This document shows positions 24,356-35,081 of a stretch of DNA of 64,000 nt, piece by piece (position 1 is the first letter of the stretch; each line of letters opens with the position of its first letter). A program made the translations under genes and the position numbers. Source of the DNA: Trypanosoma brucei (lineage: Eukaryota); assembly GCA_000002445.1 (NCBI GenBank), contig AL929603.2:64001-128000 (forward strand), written 5' to 3'. The notes beneath the pieces were generated by a model. That model made no database searches. It had not been told where the DNA came from and saw nothing but the letters and a program-made list of their open reading frames with translations.

Positions 24356-26390
24356 AACTCTCTTAATATTATTAACTTAACTTCCTTTCCTTTTCTTTTT
24401 TCTCTGAAATTATAAATAACTGAAGTAAAATAATAGATAAGAAAACAATAGCGGGTGAACAGTGTAACATAATATCAAATGTAATAGAGCGCGTTAATGT
24501 TTATTCACTATAGTTTGCAGAATATGATATCATAATGTATTTGGTATTGAGAGGAACAATTTCAAAATATAGCAGCTGTAAATAAATATTTCCCTTGCTT
24601 CATTATCATGTGCTAAATATAATGAACTTCATACATCATTTCTTTAACTATGAATAACATGCAGACAAAAAATATTACTGCCTCATATACCTGCATAAAC
24701 ACTTCGTATATATAATCAATATTTAAAGAGAGTCAAATTCTATTGATTAAAATCAAGTAAAACAATAAACAAAAAATTTATGGATATTAATGAAGCGAAG
24801 AAAAAGAGTATCGGCACAACACATAGATATACACACACATGAATACACACCACACAACTACACAACTGTTCCACTGGAGTTTCCTCACTTCTGTCAATAC
24901 GTAACATTCACTTGCATTGAATAAACTCATTGAAATATAAATCACTTATCCCCTCCCCCGTGTATTCACTTACTTCCAAAGGAGAATATTAAATAATGTC
25001 TGTAGGACAGGTAAAAAAAAACTGATAGTCTTTTTGCATCAGATAACCAGAGAGTATTTCTGTTTACTTTCATAATAAATAAAAACATTCTTTCACCTTC
25101 AGTTAAAATAAAATTTAATTACTTGCCTCCTCATTGTTCACAACTATCAACAACTAATTCAGCGACACAAATTCATATGTATTTTATGTGCCATCGTTGT
25201 TTGATTCATTCACACACCTTTTATGATAGCGATAATACAACATATGGAAAATAATTGGAATAAAATTAATACAATTAATTGAGGAAACCGTAAAAGATTA
25301 TCATAACATATCTTTTATTTTCCCTCCTTTCATTTACACTGATTAATTATGTAATGAGACAATTCCTTTTCAGTACGTGTCCACACTTATTGTATCATCA
25401 TTGTAAGTTTCCTATTGCTCACATACATAAAGTTATTGGAATAACAAAAAAATAAAACAACACATCTAAATAACTTGAAAAAATATATAACAAATAAAGG
25501 TAATAAAGAAAATAAGCGTGAACAGACAGATAATAAAATGAAACACGTCTCGCACTTTCCTTCTAAATATTCAATAGTTGTATGTTACAAATAAAAACAA
25601 TTACACATTATAGAAAAGAAGAGATATAATTACATTATACACCTGTATGTGGATATGTAACAGTGAGTCATAGTAGAAATAAATTGTCTAAACACAATAG
25701 TTATGGAAGATAACATAATTCAAAATATTAAAAATATTATTCTATCAACATTCCCTTCCTTCTCCATTAAGTTTTCAAATGGTTTCAAATAATAATTCAC
25801 ATAATCTCATACATATGTTATGATGGGTTTTGCATGCAGTACAATTTAAAGGAAGTGTAGCTCATATAACATTTTCAAAAATAGGTATTGAATGACTGTT
25901 TGCTACCATCAATTACATTTCCAATGCCTGATTACACTTTTATATGCATGAAGGAAGTTACTGATGATAACTTTGACATGCTCGAGAATTCATAACACAA
26001 AGCGACTGCTGCATGCAATAAAAAATAAAAATAAAAATAACATCCGAATTCATTTACTGACAGATGAGTGCAATTCATTCACCCAAACTTCATAGCTGCA
26101 AATATAAACTCGCTGCTGCCAATAGGAAATAATCCCGCATAAATATTGAGTATCTGAAAATGATAGCAACGGGTTTCCATTATTTAAATATATGCATAAA
26201 CTACATGAGGTATATGAAGCCATATTGGTAAAGTGTCACTACGCATGTTGCAATTTACTATCAGAAGTGTCTGCCTTATTTTATTTCTTGTGTTAATGTA
26301 ACTCATGAGTATTATTCATTATTCTTTACAATACAACTGTAAGTCATTTTGCATTTTTACATATTTTCTTATTCCCTCATACTGGAAGTG
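24356..26390. repeat. B-type segment copy 3.
   Basis: Near-identical to 8406..10440. Confidence 0.8.
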
Positions 26391-27364
26391 TTCCACATAT
26401 AATATTCCTCAATATCGTTCACAAAATAAAAATAATTTCATTTCCTTCTGTATTCAGTTTCTTGTGCAGCAGTGTGTACTAATCATCCATAAAGTTTTTA
26501 ATTTGCCAAATACATCATTACGAAACTATTTTCCACAAATAAACAAACAAATAAACAACCAAACATTTTTAAATGTTGTTGTGAAACGGAAATTGAATCA
26601 CGGAAAATTGTGGGGCGCACACGTAATGGGCACCATGAATGCCTCTTTGGATATTCCTCTATGGATTTTCACCAGCATCATCAACTTACTTTTTGTGTAA
26701 AAAAAAACAAAAAAGAAATAAAGGTACAAATGCATTAATAAACCCAACTCCTCAGCAGGAAATCAAGAACAGGAAGCCACGAAAAGCGTATGGCATATAT
26801 GATTTTCACCTCTCAGTTACTTGAGGTGGATCGCATGATTTACCCACCTTCTAAGAACACACCCTCCGAGAGGCCCGATTAAAAGAAAAAAAAACGCTAT
26901 GACGGTTGAAAAGACGTTTTTCATAAACCTTCACTTTATACGTGAGGATGCATGAATAAACAATGATAACGATGAGAATGCTAACGGAAACAATGACGAA
27001 CCGTGAGGATCCTAGAAAAAAAAATAAAATAAAATCATCACGTACCTTCACAGTAGGGAAACTTAATAAATAACAAAATATAAATATTCCCTACACAGAG
27101 GTATAGGGAGTGTTCGTCAACTTCGTAATGCTAATCAAAAAGTCTTCAAATGTATCGATCATTCGTGTAGTCAATCAAATAAGAAGTAACATGTACTACA
27201 CGCACAAAAGCACACTTACAAAGCCTACAAACCCACTTGCCCCCTTTTAGAGAATACCACTCTCTAGTCAGTGATAGGAGAGGTGATATTAAAAGTATTC
27301 CCTTTATAATTATTTCTGACTCCTCAATTCGTTGCAACATAACATAACATGCAAAGATGTTGCA
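26391..27364. repeat. C-type segment copy 2.
   Basis: Matches 10441..11423. Confidence 0.75.
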
Positions 27365-28785
27365 TCAGGCAGCGGGGCCACCAGCAATAGCGTTTGGTTC
27401 ATCCTGGGTGATCTCCTTAACAATATTCCCTTCCATCTTCACTTGAAACTGGTTGATTCTATTCCACAACTCTGTAGTATAATCGCCTCTGCCCCCAACT
27501 GGTTCGCACTTCTGCCTCTCCTCGATTGGCTTGCTGTCACTGTACTGTATGTAAATCAGCTCCCATTTCAAGTTTCTTGCGAGCTTATCCCATTCACCAA
27601 ACAATTGTTTCATTGCCTTGATAAACTTATCTACCTTCTCTCGTGTCGTGTGATGCGTTGGTGCCACTGTCGCCTGGAGCAGAACAATTGTTGTTGTAAT
27701 GATCGCTCTTCCTTCTCTATCAACAGCTGGCTCAGTTACAAAGAAAAAGGCGTCCACAACGGGGAAATTTCCCTGTACAGGTCGGTAAAGGCACCCAACC
27801 TTGATGTCTTGGCCTGTCGTTTCGGGGTAAATATGACGAAGTGAAGTTGGAACACGTCCCACGGCATTACCACTTGCCAGAGCGGATACATTTGAATCCA
27901 TTTCTTCTCCAACGCGAGGGAGATACCGCAGGTGCGTCACAATCGTCTGCACAACATTTCTCATCGTGAAGGCAAATATGCCCACATTTTCAAATTCATC
28001 AGCGGCCCGCTCTTCTTTCCCACGAAAAACCTTTCGAAGGTAATTGTCTCGCATACATGCTGTGTTCGCCCACACTCTCAATTTCTGCTCAATATCAATG
28101 GAAACAGCTCTGTTTCTGCATTCTTCTCCATTCTCAGTTACAACCCGGACCAACTTAGCTAACATGTAAGTAGTCCCGTCCTGGCGCCATTGAACTCGAC
28201 TATTCAGCACCTTCATGTAGTGACTATCATCGCCTCTACTGATTTCTGCCAGTGCCTCATTTATTTCTCTAACGCGGCCCTTGTAGCGTTTTTCACCTTC
28301 CAGTACTTGGCGGGCCAGTGGGCCCACCTTCTTAATCCATCCTTCTATTTTCTGCCATTCATTCTCAAGGTTTATGATGTGAGCTTCGGTGATTTTACTT
28401 TCGTCCAACTTCGACAGCCGCCTCCACGCAACCGCAGCCTTCAGTTCCACCTCTTCATAGCAATTGATGCAAAAGCGCTCGCAAGCCCGTGGCCGCTTCC
28501 AGCGTCTGTAGTTATTTGGATCTGGAGATGTCAACACAATTACGGGCCACGTTTCCGGCAATTTTGTCGGTATGGGTTCATCTCTCTCTTTCGCAAAGTC
28601 GTATATAATGTAACCAAGACCTTCTTCATCAGCCAAGTCATTGACAGCATCCACTCCATCTTTTTCTTCTTCATAAAATACAACCTTTCTCGGATGAACA
28701 TTTGTCGCCCTGAAGAAAATATATGCCCTACCCTTCACAAAATAAGCGATAATCCGCAACAGCTCCGAATCGTAATGCAGCAACC

Positions 28786-28797
28786 TTTGGAGCAGAA
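28786..28797. repeat. Target-site duplication, 3' copy, of ingi-1 (plus strand tttggagcagaa; element sense TTCTGCTCCAAA).
   Basis: Immediately follows the element poly(A), which is a plus-strand T10 at 28798..28807. It is a 12/12 match to 34052..34063. Confidence 0.85.
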
Positions 28798-29069
28798 TTT
28801 TTTTTTTGAATTTTCTTCGTGCCTTCGTGAGAGTTTCTCCCAACTGGCGCGGCCATCAGCCATCACCGTAGAGCCCTGAGATGCTATCGGTCTGGCGACT
28901 GTGGCAGAGTCTCCCTTTTTTATTCATCCTAACACACCCTCTATAATTTTTGTTGTAGCTCCGCATATGAACGGAATACAGTAGATGGGGCGAGAAGCCC
29001 CCCTCACCCCGGACTCTCCCAAAGATGTCAATTAGCAATCCTTTTGTTTTGATTTTTGTTATTCGTTTA

Positions 29070-32000
29070 TTATTCTCTCCCCCTCTTTCTGTTTCTGTTG
29101 CTTGTTGACTGCATACCTCCTCTGTCTCTGAGGGTGTCTGGACTATTCCTGCGTCCGGTGCTTTTCCTGCTAGCTCCACATTCGGCAATAAGGGGGGAAG
29201 TTGCAGAAGGGAGAGTGGGTTGTATGACTGTTACCTTAGGTGAGGACTTCACCTGCGGCCGGCTCCGTTCAACCGCAATGAGAAACTGCGCCAGCCTTTT
29301 GGAGAAACATACATCCTGCACACACTCACCTTCTACCGCAAATCTGACACGTAACTCCTTCAAACCGGGACAGCTCATCAAGTGCAGCGACGTTTCTTCG
29401 CAGTCGCCGCGTTGGCTGGTAACAGCGCGCTCTACCTTCATACCGTGCATCTTCTTTTGATGTAGGGTGAGGCCAGTTTTGCTAGCACACTGCCTTCCGC
29501 ATGTCGGGCACACCAACATGGATGTGTTTGTATGCGGGGAATCAGTGGCACACAATTTTGTGCTTTTGCTGCATTTAAGCTCGACTCCCTCACCTTTGTG
29601 GAAAGCCTTACAGTGTCGGATGAGGGAGTCCCTGCAACTGAGCACTTTTTGGCACACACCACACTGCACCTCGCCCTTCCCCGGGACGTCAACGTTTCCC
29701 TCACGGGCACGCTTACGAGGGAATTGCACCAACACCACGGTACCGTCCTCCGTCACTATGCTTTTATGTTTGAATTTCTTGTGTAGTGTCAGGGAAGAAC
29801 GTGTACCGAAGCTCGCCTCGCACAGGTCACATTGAAACGGCAGCTTCCGTGTATCCTGAGAGGCTGGCGCTGCTGGGGCTTTACCATCTCCTTGCACTGA
29901 GTCCTCGTTCTCTCGCCCCCTTTTCACGCGGCAACTGCCGCTGCCTATGCCATGTATTGTTCTAAGGTGGTGTAGTAGTCTGCCTGGCACTGCGAATTTG
30001 GAGGCACAGATGGTACAATGAAGCACCTGCGGTCTCATCGGGACTCGTGTGCTCGATGGTAGGGGAACGATCGCCACCACTGGAGGGGGCTCCGGGGGGA
30101 TATCCACTGCAGGTGTTGCATCGCCGTATTTGATCCTCCGGAGGGCATCAGCTCGCACAAAGCCATGTTTGTTTACCATATGCGTTACAGCACTCGAGCG
30201 GCATTGGTATGTGGCATCACATTCCGTACATTTGGTCGGTTCGGAGGTTCTTTGAAGAGTGCGTGTCGCAACAGTTGGGGCTGTTTGTATTGTTGGCCCT
30301 ATCTCTGCATGTTGCGGGTTGCACCATCGGCACTGTGGAGGCACACTCGGGTTAATCTTTCGCAACATCCATCCATAGTGTCTTGAAGACCCAACCCGAA
30401 AGCGTGCCAGTGCCGTTTCTTCTTCCCTCGTCAGTTCTTCCTTATGTTTTGTTGGAAAGTGGTTGCCCGTGATACCAAACCTATGAGTGTTCTCATGGAC
30501 TTCTTCCGACCTAAGCACTCGCTTCGCATAAGCAATGATGTCGGGGATCCATGTGTCTCGCAACTGTGGTAAATCTGCGGCCTTTTTGGCCATGTCATCG
30601 CAAACCTCATTCCGTTTCACGCCACAATGGCCAAACACAAATTGCAGTCGGATACGTATCTTCCTTCTCTGAACTTGAAGCAGAAGCCTCCATAGTCGTC
30701 TTAGAATTGGGTCCGTTACGGCTAGGGGGCCTGTCTGCAGTGCTGTTAACATTGACAGCGAGTCAGAGAAGATGGACAACCTGCTCGGTGTGGTTCTGTA
30801 TGCCGGAAGCCATTTCAGCAGCCGTTGCAGTCCTATCTCTAATGCTACGCATTCCGCTCTGTAACTGCATGAAAGTTCCCCTGCTCCTGTCTTAGGTGCA
30901 CAAATCAGCGTGTTGTTTCTATAGAGCAGGGCAGCTGCTCCGGACTTCTCACCGAGGGACACGGATCCATCAGTCCACAATTCGTAGTGCTCTCGCCGCG
31001 GTGGCTCCTTCCCCCTCCGTGCAAAATGTCGTTCAATCCACTTTTCGGAAGCCTCCCTTTTGACATCGTCAGGGTCATCAGCGCACACAGGCTTTATCTG
31101 CGTGTGAAATATCGGTCGGCAGCTGTGGCGGAGCGTCGATGTCTCTAGTGGGTGCTCGCGTGGCTCAATGCGGAGGTGGGGGTAGGACCGCATGATACGG
31201 GAATGTAGGGCTCTGACTGGGTGTTTGCTGTGGTATACTTCTTCAGCACTGCGCCGCAAACATCCGCCTCGTGACTCACACATCAGCATGAATTTCATGC
31301 TGCGCACAAGAGTGGCCGTCTTGAGTGGCAGGAGGTTTGCTTCCAGCAGAGAGTCCTCTTTGCGCGTCCCATGCGGTATGCCGGCTATGATGCGACTGGC
31401 TTTGTGTTGTGCTGATGCAAGGAGGTCGCGACTTCGTTCCGAAGCGTCCCAGTACCATACCTCAATGCCATACATGGTGTGTGCCTGTACGAGTGCTAGA
31501 TAAAAAGTTCTCAGTACTTGTCGTCTTGGCCCCCATGTAGAAGCTGAGATGGCTGCTATCTGCAGTAGTCGGAAGTCCATCTTGCGTCTCGTTTCGGCCG
31601 CATGTGTTGCCATCCCCTGCAGACACTGGAATGTTACTCCTAGAAGCTTCGGTGTCCTGTCAGCTCCTATTCTTTCACCGTCCAGTTGTAATGTAAGGGG
31701 GTGGCGCTCTATACACCCGAAGAGTGTGCACTTTGTTTTCGCTACGTTGACAGACATGAAGTACTCTTTTGACCACTGTAACACCACGTTTAGACCGCAT
31801 TGTAGTGTGTGGTTGATGACATCCCTCTCTGTGTGCCTCGCAAGTAGCGTTAGGTCGTCTGCAAAGAATCCGTGCTGCAGTAACGGCACCTCTGCAAGGC
31901 GTTGGCTCAACGAGTTCATGACAATAATGAACATGATTGGGCCAAGGACAGTTCCTTGTGGCACTCCTCGCTCAAATGTTCTGCTTCTGGAAAGCTTCTC

Positions 32001-34051
32001 CTTGAATCTCACTCTGCCAGTTCGGTTACTCAGAAATGATACGCACCACTTCACAATGTGGGGTGATACCTTCATTCTGTGCATTTCCCTCGCAATTTTG
32101 TCGTGGTCTACTGTATCAAATGCCTTCTCGTAGTCAACGAATACAGCACCCGTACGATATTGGTGCGTGGGACGGCAGAGGGCAGCGCGGACGTGCAGGA
32201 GTTGTTCGAGCGTTGAGCATCCGGGGCGAAAGCCTGATTGCTGCGGCGTCAGCTGGGACTCAACAGTGTCTCTAAGTCTCGCGGCAATTATGCGCTCCAT
32301 GACTTTGCAGAGACAGCTCGTGAGCGTCACAGGCCTGTAAGAATCGAGGTCCTCCGCCTTTTTTCCGGCCTTCAGGATGGGGATGATAACACCAGTCTTC
32401 CATGCAGGCGGCACGACTCCCGTTCGTAGGCTCTCATTGAATAGCCTCAGAACAACATTCAGCGCTGTTCTGCCGAGATGTTGCAGTGCCTCGTTGTATA
32501 AGCAATCAGGTCCGGCTGCGGATCCACTCGGTAGCAGTTTGATCGATCTCCGTAGTTCAGCCATCGTGATGGGACTGAACTCACTCGCTATCGTCTTTAT
32601 TGGTGCCGGTGGGTGTGAGTCGGGGTGCCTTCTTGCGCGGGACGAGTACAGTTTACTGAACCTCTCAGCTTGACGGTAGTCCGTGATGGCCGCGTTATCT
32701 ACAAGTACAGCCGGTGTGGTTAGTGGTCGTGGCGCATATACCTTCTTGACAATGTGCCAACTGCAGCGGTCTGACACCGCAAGTCTGGAGCATAGCGTGC
32801 TCCATCTCTTCTTTGTGGTACGGTCCAGGATCTGCTTACGCGTGGCTACCAACTTTTCCCTTCGGTGGGAGGGTCCGCATCCAGCGATCTCTTCATCGAG
32901 TTTCGCGAGCTCAGGTGTCCAATGTGGTGGCGTTGCTCTGCAGCCACGGGGGACGGAGACCTTCGTCGCAATGCGGATGGCGGAGCTCAATTTCTGTTCC
33001 AGGGTGTTGACGTTCTTCTCTCTACCAATTTTCCTGCAGAGCTCGTCAACCTTGAGACGGAAATTCCTCCAGTTAGCTTTTAGCCATGCGTACATGGGCT
33101 TTTGAAGCCGCGGGCAACTCAGTGCATCTGTGTCGTCTCCAACGATAACGTCGAAAAATATGTGATGGTGATCGCTATCGGGAGAATACAGCGATGTCCA
33201 CGTGTACACTGTGCAATTCCTTGACAGTGTCACATCAGGGGTGGACTCCCCGTGGTGGCGCGCGTACCTGGTGCACTCACCAGTGTTGCAGACCAGAAAC
33301 TGGTTGTCAATGCACCACTGTGTGAGGGTTTCACCCTTGGTATTTGGTGGGCTCGCGCGATCCCATGCCAACGCGTGTGCGTTAGCGTCTGCACCGATGA
33401 GCTGGGCACCGTCAGTCGTCAGAAGCGTATCTAGGTCAGTTGCCGTGAAGGTGTGTTTTGGTGGGATGTATGCCGACGTGACAGTCAGCGCCGTTCCACG
33501 TGCAAGGTGAATTGTTGCATGCACTTGTTCAATGCGACCAATAACGGCCATACCGGTCTCGACTGGTAGGTCCTCCCTCACTAGTATTGATACACCACCT
33601 CCTTTGCAGTTACGAGCTATTCCGTGATGTTGGTAGCCAGCAACGCTAAAGCAAGCCGCCTCTCCAGGCGTCATCCTTGTCTCGCTCAACAGACAAAAGG
33701 CGATCCGCTCATCAACAAGGGTTTTGTGGAGTGCTAATCTCTTTCCTTGAGATAGCCCGGCGCAGTTCCACTGCATCCCGCGCAACGACGGGCCGGGATT
33801 CTCTTCCACATCACCGGACAGCAGCATCTTAGTGCGGATGATACTGCTGATGGCACGCTGGCACGTGCCCAGGGACCGACAAATGAAAGACGGTGTCCCA
33901 GCAAGACGCTGCTGATCCCTGTGCTGTATGATGCCGTAGCCGGAGCACAGCAGTGTTCCCCATGAAAGGAACGCTGCTGGCTCTTGGCTTCCCCCGATGA
34001 TACGGGGTACTGGACCCTGGCACCACGTTGAGGTGGCCGGCATCGCCAGGG
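29070..34051 (-). CDS. ingi polyprotein ORF of about 1660 codons with no stop or frameshift. Domains in protein order: leader with 2A-like motif; APE-type endonuclease (about 33132..33776); reverse transcriptase (about 31752..32534, FADD motif); RNase H (about 30582..30989, HYELWTDGS...); five C2H2 zinc fingers (about 29442..30227). The stop codon is at 29070..29072.
   Basis: This is the ingi-derived portion of the 2003-aa ORF 29070..35081. Domain motifs were read from the translation: MQWNCAGLSQ...FFDVIVGDD for the endonuclease; PQGTVLGPIMF...GFFADDLTLL for the RT; CTECDATYQCRSSAVTHMVNKHG and CPTCGRQCASKTGLTLHQKKMHG for the fingers. It is in frame with the upstream RHS codons. The element's own first ATG is at nt 9..11. 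Confidence 0.8.
33789..33812 (-). other. 2A-like co-translational 'self-cleaving' motif DVEENPGP, in the context IIRTKMLLSGDVEENPGP|SLRGMQWNCAG. It lies about 80 codons into ingi-1, upstream of the endonuclease domain.
   Basis: Codons 424 to 431 of the 2003-aa ORF; plus strand cgggccgggattctcttccacatc. It matches the D(V/I)ExNPG|P consensus of viral 2A and of 2A-like sequences reported in trypanosomatid L1Tc/ingi elements. Confidence 0.85.
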
Positions 34052-34063
34052 TTTGGAGCAGAA
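34052..34063. repeat. Target-site duplication, 5' copy, of ingi-1 (tttggagcagaa).
   Basis: These are the last 12 nt of the RHS 5' part (codons F-L-L-Q plus A) abutting the ingi 5' end at 34051. Confidence 0.85.
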
Positions 34064-35081
34064 ACGAGCCAACACCAAATGATTTCCCAATACCTGGAGT
34101 GCCAACGAGGACGCAAGGTATCTTTTTTTTATTCACGCCTGGCCCTAACCACAAATCCAGCCTCTGCTTCACAAGATACCACACTCTCATTACCTCTCGA
34201 CGAATGTACACATCCCGGTCAAACACGTAGTCTCCTGGTTCCTCCGCACCCTCTTGAATTACACTTCGCGGAATACGGAAACGGTTAAACGGCCAACCCT
34301 TCTGCGAGGTGAGCACAGCAATCTCTAAATTACCGTGACGAGGCAGTGGGTCGCACAAGTCATAAGGCGTGTGACTGACATTCACCTCCTCTTCTGTCCA
34401 CAACTCGGGCTCGCCGTCACTATTACCCACAACCTTCATGCCAAGAGGTAAATCATTGTGGCCCGATTCCACATAACCCCACGTCGCATTGTATACGGAT
34501 TCATATACTCCTTTCAGTTCGACACCATCAGCTGTTTGGTGAGCTCGTTTCCTTGCTTCTTTGGCGGCCGCCAACGCTCCATCCAACATTCCCCTCGCCA
34601 CGGGACCAACAAATTCCCTTATTTCCCCTCTTCCCTTCTCCTCCCACTGCCGGAGGTAGTAAATTTCCTTCTCAGACAGATAAATAGCTGCCCTCACTGT
34701 TTTAAATTCATCAAGCCGCCGTATCCTTCCTAGAATCCCGGCATCCAAAATATAATACTCCGGGCTCTGAACAAACACATCCATTGCCACATTCTCTGTG
34801 TCATACGTATTAGAGAATTTTTTCAGCAGAAAGTCATGCAACTTCATATCCCTCAAACCCTCACAGCGTTGCAGCAATACATCTTCAATAGAACTATTCA
34901 TCGTCCAGTTGGGCCCCTCTTCAGTTCTCTGCCGTATTTGTGGAGGCTGAGCAGCAGCAGCAGCAGGAGGTGGCGGTACATTTTCATCCCGTGGCCTCCT
35001 CATGGGCCCTTCAATATTACCTGCCACTTGTTGGTTTTCATTATTTCCTTGTGGAGCTGCGGGACTATTTGCTCTTGACAT

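Larger units (their letters stand above)
28798..34051 (-). mobile_element. ingi: ingi non-LTR (LINE-like) retrotransposon copy 1, full length at 5254 bp. The 5' end is CCCTGGCGATGCCGGCCACCTCAACGTGG and there is a 3' poly(A). The terminal regions of about 250 bp correspond to RIME halves.
   Basis: The 5' terminus at 34051 (plus strand ...caccacgttgaggtggccggcatcgccaggg) and the poly(A) at 28798..28807 are bracketed by a perfect 12-bp TSD. The internal ORF encodes APE, RT (FADD), RNase H and C2H2 fingers. A second copy at 58518..63723 has the same termini. Confidence 0.9.
27365..35081 (-). pseudogene. RHS: RHS type-2 copy b, disrupted by an in-frame, same-sense ingi insertion. The 5' part is 34052..35081 (codons 1 to 343, ending GIGKSFGVGSFLLQ). 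The 3' part is 27365..28797.
   Basis: The N-part is collinear with RHS2a apart from indels: a shorter Pro/Ala tract and a deletion of about 12 aa. The C-part (ILLQRLLHYDSELLRII...) is collinear with RHS2a downstream of its FLLQ. The two halves are separated by 5254 bp carrying the ingi hallmarks. Confidence 0.85.

Noticed and set aside
27365-28843. The 492-aa ORF starting MGETLTKARRKFKKK, which looks like an N-terminally distinct protein.
   Set aside because: Its 'M' is a TTG. The first 15 codons are a translation of the ingi 3' UTR and poly(A) (KKK). Real RHS sequence begins at ILLQRLL. This is the 3' half of the ingi-disrupted RHS2b, not a gene with a novel N-terminus.
31549-32133. Numerous 60 to 200-aa ORFs antisense to the ingi polyprotein. 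Examples are 31549..32133, 32683..33105, 33202..33510, 60387..60971 and 61457..61813.
   Set aside because: They lie on the strand opposite a 5-kb conserved sense ORF in a GC-rich element, and they are mirrored between the two ingi copies only because the elements are homologous. They have no independent start context. They are typical spurious antisense ORFs.
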